From positions 121,492-185,491 of IMG/VR virus record IMGVR_UViG_3300026488_000011: a DNA stretch of 64,000 nt. One strand, given 5' to 3'. Position numbers and translations under genes: made by a program. The notes beneath the pieces are model-generated. The model had not been told where the DNA came from. It did no database searches and saw nothing but the letters and a program-made list of their open reading frames with translations. This document shows positions 48,403-56,449 of the stretch, piece after piece; position 1 is the first letter of the stretch; each line of letters starts with the position of its first letter. This stretch comes from a virus.

Positions 48403-49408
48403 CTTCTTCTCCGTAAACTATTTTTTCCAATCTGTCGAATAATTTCCTAAACTCTTCATTTTCTAAAATATCTGATCTAATCTTGTTGTTAATATCTTGT
48501 AACAATTGTTTAAGTTTATAAAATTCCAGACCAGAGATTATAGAAGATACTTGTTCTGGTAAATCTTCATAATCTTTGTTAATAATAGCTAATATGTAAA
48601 GGTCTACTAAAACGTCCTTTATAAGACTAATGATAGGGTTATCATTTGTAACACTATCTTCGTTTTCTAACTCAGATATCAAATATTTGAATTTCTTTAA
48701 TAAACCGCTTCTTAAGCTGTCATAGTTGTTCTTCATACCTACAATATAGTAAGGATCATTTATTATAAGTTCTAGAGTCTCTGGTAAAGTTTTTAAACCT
48801 AGTTTAATAAACCTATCCACTATCTTGCTTACTACGTCTGATGTCTTAGATGCTTCTGTAATACCGTCCATCGTAATATCAGATTTTGTAAGTATGGCTG
48901 TTACAGCATTTCTTATTTTCTCGATAAGTGCGTCCGGTACATCTTCTACATACTCCATGAGGTCAGTAGTATTAATATTAGGGTTAAAATAAAATAGTAT
49001 CAAGTATAACTTATCCAGGTTACTGTTATCGATACAATCATTCAGAATACCTTCTATATATAAAGCATCACCTATGTCCATGTTTAATAAACCATCAGAA
49101 GCTATTAGTATATCTACTATAAATCTTACTGGTATCATTGGTAACTTTTCGTTATCCAATATAATACCCCTTCTCTTTAATAATTGTAATGCATATTTCT
49201 TAGCTATATTAATCACAGCATCATGTCTCTGAATAGGATCGATGTTTACCTCATCCACGTCTGTCCAGTTTTCTAATTCTTCTATATAATCTTTAACGCC
49301 GTTAACGTCTAATTGCGTATAGATATAACTTATAGACTGTGCTAAATCGTCACTACCATATTTCTTAACAAGCTTATATATCTCATTGTCTAAAGGTATA
49401 AATTCCAT
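48389..49408 (-). CDS. Hypothetical helical protein
   Basis: 339-aa ORF overlapping the RNAP subunit start. Confidence 0.65.
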   Translation of the reverse strand: MEFIPLDNEIYKLVKKYGSDDLAQSISYIYTQLDVNGVKDYIEELENWTDVDEVNIDPIQRHDAVINIAKKYALQLLKRRGIILDNEKLPMIPVRFIVDILIASDGLLNMDIGDALYIEGILNDCIDNSNLDKLYLILFYFNPNINTTDLMEYVEDVPDALIEKIRNAVTAILTKSDITMDGITEASKTSDVVSKIVDRFIKLGLKTLPETLELIINDPYYIVGMKNNYDSLRSGLLKKFKYLISELENEDSVTNDNPIISLIKDVLVDLYILAIINKDYEDLPEQVSSIISGLEFYKLKQLLQDINNKIRSDILENEEFRKLFDRLEKIVYGEEDETN

Positions 49409-49507
49409 AACATCTCCTTAATATTTTTTATCATCCGTGTGTATCATATGATGTAGGGCCTACTAGGCTTTCTATAATAAAACTAAAAACAAGATTAAGG
49501 AGCACAC

Positions 49508-49951
49508 ATGAGTAAAAAGAAAAAAATAAAAGTAGAAGATAATGAGAGATTAAAATGGGAAGATCTAGCAGATACTAGCCTAGCACTTAGACAGTCGTTA
49601 GGAGAAATCAACGCCAGTATTATGAAGTTATCAGAAAACCTAAAAGACGTGATTGACAGTAATCCTGATGTACAGCAAGTTTACAATGGAGTAGTTAAAT
49701 CTCTAGAAGATTTAGTTAATAAATGGGTCGAATTAAAAAAACTACACTCTACTGAAAAAGATGGGAAATACTATTACTGGATGGGTGAGTTAGATATAAA
49801 TAACGATAAAATGGTAGACCACTACATGAACTTATCATTAGCCTATGGAGGACTGACTAATGAGGTAGTTACACTAGCTAACACATCAATAGCAGCCCTA
49901 GCAGCTGAGATAGAAAAACATATGGATACAGGAGAAAAAGATGGAGAATGA
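49508..49951 (+). CDS. Coiled-coil hypothetical protein
   Basis: 147-aa ORF with AGGAG RBS, overlapping the next gene. Confidence 0.65.
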   Translation: MSKKKKIKVEDNERLKWEDLADTSLALRQSLGEINASIMKLSENLKDVIDSNPDVQQVYNGVVKSLEDLVNKWVELKKLHSTEKDGKYYYWMGELDINNDKMVDHYMNLSLAYGGLTNEVVTLANTSIAALAAEIEKHMDTGEKDGE

Positions 49952-51365
49952 TAAAAAGTTTTACGAGAATATTAAGGAGCTAGATCTAGAGAAAATTAGG
50001 AAGAAAGAAATAAAAATCATTCTTCCTGTTTCTAAATATTCAGACCTAGATAAATTCGTAAAAGAGTTATTAGAGAATGAAAACATTTTAGAAGACTTAA
50101 GTACTGACGATAAAGTAACAGTAGAATTGGTATTAGAGTCTATGGATAAAACAAATCCTGATGATATAGGAGCAAGAGATAGCATAGAAGATCTTAATGT
50201 CGAACCTGTCGTTAATGATAAAAAACTAGTCTTAAAAAATGTATCTACTAAACAAACGAGCAATAGTACTCTAGCTAAGCTTAAACTAGCAGAAGCATTA
50301 GGTATAGGAATGTTATCTCATGTACCGCTATGGCATAGCGGCTTCTGGGTAACATTAAAACCTCTTACTAAACAAGAGAAAATAAACTTGATGTTAAAAC
50401 TGTCTGAAGAATTTGGTAGAATAGGTAGACAAACCAACGGACTAGTCTTTAGTAATCACTCAGTTGTTTTTAACAAGATAATTATAAATAAAGTAAAAGA
50501 ACAAATCATTGACACTAGTCTATCCTTACCAGAGGGTGAAGATATCATGGATTATGTCAAACTACAAGATCTTTATCCTCTAATCTTAGGTTTACTTAAA
50601 ACAATGTATCCTAAAGGGGTGAATTATATCCTACAGTGTAAAAATAGTGCAGTGTTAGAAAACGACGTTCCTAAGTGCACATACAAAGCTGAGATAAATT
50701 TAGATCTAAGTAAGACCCTATGGGTGGATATGAATAAACTATCTACCGAGCATAAATCTCAAATGACTAAAAGAGCTAGTAAATCAGTCTCGATTGATGA
50801 GGTTAAGAAATATCAAGAAACATTAGATGGTAATGGAGAACTACCTATTAATATTAACTTAGAAGATACATCTGTAAGTATTGTTGTAGAAACTCCTAGT
50901 GTAAACAAATACTTAATGCATGGAGAATATTTTATTACCCTGCTACATGAAAAGGTTAATGAAATAATCAGGAGTAGTAAAGCATTTGAAGACGAGAAGG
51001 AAGCAGAGATTCTTATTCTAAATACGATGTACCTATCTACATACATTCACTATGTGAAACGAATAGTAGTAAACGGAAAAATTATGGATGACGTAGGAGA
51101 TCTACATAAGTCCCTAGAAATGTTATCTAACCAGCCTAAGATTAGAAAGAATATCAAATCTAAGATTACTGATTACATAGACAATAGTTTAGTAAGTATT
51201 GTAGGGATACCTGACTTTATGTGTCCTATTTGTGGATCTACACAAAAATCAGAAGAAGACAAGAGTAATTTCAAATCCTTTATACCATTAAACATGTTAG
51301 ACTATTTTTTTACCCATCTCGGGTACCAATATCAGATGTTATTGAAGGAATTGACAGAGAGCTAG
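49941..51365 (+). CDS. Putative baseplate-hub/tail assembly chaperone (T4 gp26/gp51-like) ending at a slippery site
   Basis: VPLWHSGFWVTLKP, C-terminal CPICG zinc ribbon, then ...LDYFF encoded over T TTT TTT. Confidence 0.55.
   Translation: MENDKKFYENIKELDLEKIRKKEIKIILPVSKYSDLDKFVKELLENENILEDLSTDDKVTVELVLESMDKTNPDDIGARDSIEDLNVEPVVNDKKLVLKNVSTKQTSNSTLAKLKLAEALGIGMLSHVPLWHSGFWVTLKPLTKQEKINLMLKLSEEFGRIGRQTNGLVFSNHSVVFNKIIINKVKEQIIDTSLSLPEGEDIMDYVKLQDLYPLILGLLKTMYPKGVNYILQCKNSAVLENDVPKCTYKAEINLDLSKTLWVDMNKLSTEHKSQMTKRASKSVSIDEVKKYQETLDGNGELPININLEDTSVSIVVETPSVNKYLMHGEYFITLLHEKVNEIIRSSKAFEDEKEAEILILNTMYLSTYIHYVKRIVVNGKIMDDVGDLHKSLEMLSNQPKIRKNIKSKITDYIDNSLVSIVGIPDFMCPICGSTQKSEEDKSNFKSFIPLNMLDYFFTHLGYQYQMLLKELTES
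51305..51311 (+). promoter_or_regulatory. Predicted programmed -1 ribosomal frameshift site
   Basis: Heptamer T TTT TTT in register with the 49941 frame; the -1 frame is open from 51269 to 51856. Confidence 0.65.
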
Positions 51366-51856
51366 TCGATTACATCCTAGAGAAGTACGAATCGGACTAT
51401 CACGTAACAGATAAATACATAGATCTGATTCGTCTTCCGTTGGTATCCGAGAAAGACAAAATAGGTCTAATAAATTTAGTATTACAGACAGTAAAAAAAT
51501 TTAGTCCTAAGACTATACTCAACTTTCCTGAATCCGATGTAATTAAGAATATCGCCTATGACAATATGATGAAATTACCGCAGCATATAGATAAACCTAG
51601 CTTAGCGACTGTAGAGTATAAAAAAGAAGAAGATCCGTTTCTAACTACGGATTATAATCAAACTGTATTAGAATACTTAGAGTTAGAAATCTATAAAAAT
51701 ACAGGATTGAGTCTAAATGAGTATATGAGACTAACGGAATACGAAATAGGCGTATTGAAGGACATGTTAGCTGTTAGAAACAGTAAGTTAAAACTTGAGA
51801 CAGAAGATTCTAAACGCGATTCGGGAAACTGGATAGACGAGACATTTGATCTATGA
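51311..51856 (+). CDS. -1 frame extension (GT-like C-terminal domain); annotated as 51440..51856 in the ORF track
   Basis: YPSRVPISDVIEGIDRELVDYILEK...GLSLNEYMRLTEYEIGVL. The TTG at 51440 has no SD-like sequence upstream. Confidence 0.6.
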   Translation, partial: YPSRVPISDVIEGIDRELVDYILEKYESDYHVTDKYIDLIRLPLVSEKDKIGLINLVLQTVKKFSPKTILNFPESDVIKNIAYDNMMKLPQHIDKPSLATVEYKKEEDPFLTTDYNQTVLEYLELEIYKNTGLSLNEYMRLTEYEIGVLKDMLAVRNSKLKLETEDSKRDSGNWIDETFDL

Positions 51857-51881
51857 GTATAGCGGGACTCCTGCTATACTC
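51855..51881 (+). terminator. Hairpin starting in a stop codon
   Basis: GAGTATAGCGGG-ACT-CCTGCTATACTC followed by TTT. Confidence 0.65.
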
Positions 51882-51909
51882 TTTAATGTATATTTAATAA
51901 GGAGATATC

Positions 51910-52599
51910 GTGGAAGTAAAGTTACCATTTAAGATATATGTAGATGTTGATTCTTTACTGGATACTAGGTTTGCTTTACTTAGTTTTCTAGATAGCGAAT
52001 TAGCTGGTAAAGCGTTATTGAAAGATTATTACCACAGTAGGTTAGTAGATAGTTTTGGGTTAATAGATTTTTATAGGTTTAAAGAATTTTATCGTTTTAG
52101 AAATAAGAAGTTGTTACCATTATCGGTAAAGACAAAGATTACAGATATCATAATACAAGAAATAAGTTATGTGACTCTAAACCCACATATTCGTGAAGTA
52201 GTGAAGATACCGACTCTAACTATTAATACGTTTCCTTATAGATTAACAGAATCTGAAAAAGAGAACTTAGTTAAAGCTATTAGTTCCACGCTACCTAACT
52301 TAGAATACAAAATAGAAGTAACTTATTTTAATCCGTATAAAGACTTAACTGATTTTGACGATTATTATTCTATTATTATGTATGATGGAATAGAGTGGTT
52401 AGAGAATCACATAGTGGTCAGTAACATGAAAGAAAAAAATAAACCTGATACCAGATTATACATACCAGCGTTATTAAGATCGTTTGTGCCTGATGATGAA
52501 AAGCTAATAAAACAAACCTTCGAAGACTTAAAAAATTATATGTCGTATTTCATAGATCTTAAACCTATAAACGTGGATTATTTTTGCTTACCAAAATAA
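51910..52599 (+). CDS. Conserved phiKZ-type hypothetical protein (HAD-like start)
   Basis: GTG start after AAGGAG; IYVDVDSLLDTR, LTINTFPY, IIMYD...WL. Confidence 0.6.
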   Translation: MEVKLPFKIYVDVDSLLDTRFALLSFLDSELAGKALLKDYYHSRLVDSFGLIDFYRFKEFYRFRNKKLLPLSVKTKITDIIIQEISYVTLNPHIREVVKIPTLTINTFPYRLTESEKENLVKAISSTLPNLEYKIEVTYFNPYKDLTDFDDYYSIIMYDGIEWLENHIVVSNMKEKNKPDTRLYIPALLRSFVPDDEKLIKQTFEDLKNYMSYFIDLKPINVDYFCLPK

Positions 52600-52606
52600 A
52601 AAAAGA

Positions 52607-52634
52607 ATACAGACCTAAATGTCTAGGTCTGTAT
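52607..52634. terminator. Hairpin between convergent genes
   Basis: ATACAGACCTA-AATGTC-TAGGTCTGTAT; contains the stop at 52615. Confidence 0.75.
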
Positions 52635-54288
52635 CTAAAACTTCTTTTTCTAAGATGTTATCGTCTTGGAATTTTCCTTCTAACATTGTTTCTAATAACG
52701 TCAATCTTTCTTTCATTTCATCATCTAGTAGAATTTTACCGGATTCTATGTCGACTTTTACAAACGGATTAATTCTAAATCTCGGTGAAGGCGACTTTTT
52801 CGTAAGATATAGAATGTTTCCAATGTAAAGATCCTCGGCATGCAAGTTTCTACTAAACGCAGGGAATGAAGCATTCTTATCTCTCTCTACTCCTCTACCT
52901 CTATTCTGGTCTTCTAGTATAGACGTAATCTTAAACGCATAGTTATCTCCAGAATAATCTACCGGCATTAATGCTATATTAGTACTGCCACCTTTAATAC
53001 TGCTAAAAAACTTTTTAGGAGTGAATTGTTTGTTGAAGACGTTTTCCACGTCTCTAGTAGTTATTCTTTCTCCTTTCTTGTTATACTCCTTTATAATTCC
53101 ATAGAGAGATTTGTTTATACTGGAGATTGTTTCAAACATTAGGTAATATAGTACGTCGATATACTTATTGTCTATCTGCGTAGATCTCTTTTCATAATTA
53201 AGAATTAACTTATCATAGTTCTTAATTATGTAGAAAATCAAATCATAAAAGTCATCAACATAGACGCCATTTTCTCTTAATTTTGACTCTATGATAGGAT
53301 CGATGTAGCTGTCGATCAAAGATAGATATTCCTCCATACTGGATAATATTTTTTCCTGTCTATAGTTGTTTCTGAAAATAGTCTTACCTAATAACATCAT
53401 CCAGAATTCTTTTTCAGGCATTTTACTTCTACCGCTTAAAATATCCGGTAAGAAATTACTGAACTGATTTAGTAGGTCAAATGTAGTAATTAAACTACCT
53501 ACAATGGTATCTACAACAGGACTTACTTTGTCTTTAGGTACTAGGATCTTAATATCATGTGGTGTGTAGTTATCATCATTTAGGATTCTAGGTTTCTTTC
53601 CTACTGTTTCATAGACCGTATAATCTTTTTTCATATCTTCAGGCACTATACCTTTTATAATTTTAGGTTTAAATCCTAGATATTTTTCAAATGCTCCATA
53701 AAAGCCATGCTTTACAAATAGATATAATGCCATAGGTACTTTCTGATTCGTACCTTCCACTATTTTGTAAGCATGAGCTGTTATTATGGATACAGGAGTC
53801 TTGAGTCCATCTTTTATAACGTTCTTCTCTATCCTTTTAAAGATTAATTTGTCTTTAAGTAATCTTAAGAATACTTCTTTAGTAGTAGGAGATATTACGT
53901 AGTCGGTCAATACAGGCACAATGCTGTATACCGCATCAGAAAGACTAATGATGGCACCTCTCTCCGTATACGGTAGATAAAGTACTCTATTAATGTCTTC
54001 TCCCCTGAAGTTAAAGCTGAATACCACCTTATAGAGAGTAGATTTAGACGTATCAAGAGTAGTCTTACCACTCCCTTTAAACTGCTCGTTGTAAGACTCA
54101 TATGGAGAAAGCATTCTCCAACCATTATAACTAAGACCTATTTCTGGTGGTAAGGTAGCTACTCCTGATTTTATAATGCTGTCTAGATAGTATGGTATTT
54201 TTTCCACCAATGGTCTTACTAGGCCATCCATTGCTTTGTGGTTGATAGGCTTTCTGACTTTATCTACGGTCTTTTTATTTAAAGACAT
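52615..54288 (-). CDS. Non-virion RNA polymerase beta N-terminal subunit (phiKZ gp123-like)
   Basis: LYLPY..., YSIVPVLTD.VIS, FLRLLKDKLIF, KYIDVLYYLM; three genes downstream of the MCP as in phiKZ gp120-gp123. Confidence 0.75.
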   Translation of the reverse strand: MSLNKKTVDKVRKPINHKAMDGLVRPLVEKIPYYLDSIIKSGVATLPPEIGLSYNGWRMLSPYESYNEQFKGSGKTTLDTSKSTLYKVVFSFNFRGEDINRVLYLPYTERGAIISLSDAVYSIVPVLTDYVISPTTKEVFLRLLKDKLIFKRIEKNVIKDGLKTPVSIITAHAYKIVEGTNQKVPMALYLFVKHGFYGAFEKYLGFKPKIIKGIVPEDMKKDYTVYETVGKKPRILNDDNYTPHDIKILVPKDKVSPVVDTIVGSLITTFDLLNQFSNFLPDILSGRSKMPEKEFWMMLLGKTIFRNNYRQEKILSSMEEYLSLIDSYIDPIIESKLRENGVYVDDFYDLIFYIIKNYDKLILNYEKRSTQIDNKYIDVLYYLMFETISSINKSLYGIIKEYNKKGERITTRDVENVFNKQFTPKKFFSSIKGGSTNIALMPVDYSGDNYAFKITSILEDQNRGRGVERDKNASFPAFSRNLHAEDLYIGNILYLTKKSPSPRFRINPFVKVDIESGKILLDDEMKERLTLLETMLEGKFQDDNILEKEVLDTDLDI

Positions 54289-54362
54289 TGCTCCTCCTTT
54301 TGTTTATTAAAATTTAATCGTTTGTATATGACTTGGACATATTAATAATGTCCAGTTAAAAA

Positions 54363-55529
54363 TTAGAAGATACCCTTTAATGTCTTAAAGACATCTAGGA
54401 TATCTCTAAACTCAGCTTTTTCAAGCTGACGTAGACTAAGCTCATGTCTAGCCAGACTATCCATTAGCTTTATGAACAGAGTCTCATTCTTCACAAGCAA
54501 CTCTCTTATGCTTACTAGAGACTCTACTCTAGTAGTTAACAGATTAAGATTATCTAAACACTCTGCCTTCAGAGTGTTTAGAATTGTTTCTTCTGTTAGT
54601 GAACTAATGGCGTCTTTATATACATGTTTAAATAGGTCTTCTTTTTCATCATCCACATACACATGTTTCTCTTTGGAAAGATATCCGTTTGTATAAGTCT
54701 TTATAGTAATAAAGTCTTTACTAGTATCTGTCTTCTTAGACACTAAGGGGATGACTTCTCCTAGGATGTTGACAAATCTTTTATGTGTAATATCGTTAGA
54801 TTCTAATCCTATTTCTATCACCACTTTACCGTTAGCGTCTAGTAGTAGTTTTCCTCCCTCTGTCTGTATATCGTCCAGTAAGAATTCGGATAGCGCTTCT
54901 ATGTTATTACTGAAATACATATTGAGTTTTCTATACTCCAGTACATTTGCTTCTCTAAGTAATTTCTCGTCTATGAAATCGACTAGTCTAATATCTATAT
55001 AACCAGATCTAAAGTGAGATTGCTTGTCTAGTATTTCTGATATCTCTTTTCTCACGTCCTCTGGTAAGTGTAGTGATTTATATTTGTAAACAAACTGTAA
55101 AGCTTCTAAATCAGCTTTATTATCTATATAGATGGTATAATATCTGATTATTACAATGCCTTTCGCATCAGGCTTTCCTTCTATTATCTTAGTAAGATAA
55201 GAGTTATATTCTACTGGCAGTATTATACCATCTCTACTATAGAATGCTTTTAGTCCATAGACATTAGTATACACATGCATTCTATGGTGTGGTCTTTTAT
55301 AATAAAAGTTCATGTTAGGTTTATCCATTGGACTGGATAACTTTAATCGACTAAATCTCCCTGAGTCTACATGACTTATATATGGAAAATAATCGTCATA
55401 GTCTTTTTCCGGGTCTACCCCGGTCAATACTTTATCATCAATTACCATCTCTTCTCCTTTATCCACTAGACGCACTATCCGAATTCCGGCTCTAATGTAG
55501 TAGTACTGTCTAAATGATATATAGATCAT
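54363..55529 (-). CDS. Hypothetical protein (phiKZ gp122 position)
   Basis: Long ORF; the true start is probably the internal MVIDDK after GGAG. Confidence 0.6.
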   Translation of the reverse strand: MIYISFRQYYYIRAGIRIVRLVDKGEEMVIDDKVLTGVDPEKDYDDYFPYISHVDSGRFSRLKLSSPMDKPNMNFYYKRPHHRMHVYTNVYGLKAFYSRDGIILPVEYNSYLTKIIEGKPDAKGIVIIRYYTIYIDNKADLEALQFVYKYKSLHLPEDVRKEISEILDKQSHFRSGYIDIRLVDFIDEKLLREANVLEYRKLNMYFSNNIEALSEFLLDDIQTEGGKLLLDANGKVVIEIGLESNDITHKRFVNILGEVIPLVSKKTDTSKDFITIKTYTNGYLSKEKHVYVDDEKEDLFKHVYKDAISSLTEETILNTLKAECLDNLNLLTTRVESLVSIRELLVKNETLFIKLMDSLARHELSLRQLEKAEFRDILDVFKTLKGIF

Positions 55530-55594
55530 TTAGATTCTATGTTCGTTCTTTATCAGTAGTCTACCTTAATGATATATAGAGGAAACGAGATAGA

Positions 55595-55622
55595 CACTAG
55601 AGGTCTAAATAGACCTCTAGTG
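55595..55622 (-). terminator. 13-bp-stem hairpin 2 nt after a stop codon
   Basis: CACTAGAGGTCTA-AA-TAGACCTCTAGTG. Confidence 0.7.
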
Positions 55623-55624
55623 AA

Positions 55625-56347
55625 TTAATTTGTGCCTTGATAAAATCTGATAATATTGTGTTTAGCTTTTTCTGGTAAACCATCTACTGCTTTTTCTAGA
55701 CTGATTGTTTTACCAATTTGTTTTCTATTTCCAGGATGAGCTAATGTAGAAATTAGTTCTACTAGTCTCTCATAGTTCTTTTTGGATTTTACACCCCATC
55801 TCCATTCATAATCGTATCTGGATAGATTAATAGGAGAGAATGCTCCGTTCTTGCCTAGTAAAAATACCTTATTTAGTACTTTAAACAATAATTGGAATTT
55901 AGATATGTCATCAGTGTTAGCTATATTAATAATAGCTAAATATAGATCATAATTTTTACCTGCACCATACTTAGCATCCATTACCCTTTTAGGATCCATT
56001 TCTTTCTTGTAAGTAGCCAGTCTGGTCGCTAATGATCTAGTTAAAGGGGATTTTTTAAGATTCTCTAATAACTCGTCTAAATCTTTGCTACTTCTCAATA
56101 CTTCTTCTACGTATTGCGGAGTGTTCACATCCAGTTGTGTAACGTCAACTTTCTTTTTAGTTTGTTTAGGTTTTACAACTTTAGTTTCTTCAGTATTTAC
56201 AACTTTAGTTTCTTCGGCAGGTGCTTCCTCTTCTACTTTTGGAGGAAGTTCTTCAATTTCTTCTGGTTTTGTGATATTCTCTTCTACCTGCTTTACTTCC
56301 TCTTCTACTTTTTTTGTTCTTCTAGTCCTAGTAGTTCTTTTGGCCAT
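55625..56347 (-). CDS. Conserved protein downstream of the MCP (phiKZ gp121 position), low-complexity N-terminus
   Basis: K/E/P-rich N-terminus with a 20-bp direct repeat (56172-56191, 56196-56215; EETKVV twice); GAFSP.NL.R...W domain. Confidence 0.65.
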   Translation of the reverse strand: MAKRTTRTRRTKKVEEEVKQVEENITKPEEIEELPPKVEEEAPAEETKVVNTEETKVVKPKQTKKKVDVTQLDVNTPQYVEEVLRSSKDLDELLENLKKSPLTRSLATRLATYKKEMDPKRVMDAKYGAGKNYDLYLAIINIANTDDISKFQLLFKVLNKVFLLGKNGAFSPINLSRYDYEWRWGVKSKKNYERLVELISTLAHPGNRKQIGKTISLEKAVDGLPEKAKHNIIRFYQGTN

Positions 56348-56404
56348 ATAAACTCCTTAATATTATTGTATAATGTTTCAAAGTAAACAAAGATAAAAAT
56401 AATG

Positions 56405-56430
56405 CAGTAGGAGGCCAAGCCTCGCTACTG
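56405..56430 (-). terminator. Terminator after the major capsid gene
   Basis: CAGTAG-GAGGC-CAA-GCCTC-G-CTACTG, 19 nt after the stop, U-rich tract follows. Confidence 0.65.
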
Positions 56431-56449
56431 ATTATATGTTTTGTTACTA

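Noticed and set aside
56172-56215. 20-bp direct repeat as a regulatory or mobile-element scar
   Set aside because: It is an in-frame duplication (EETKVV) in a low-complexity protein linker.
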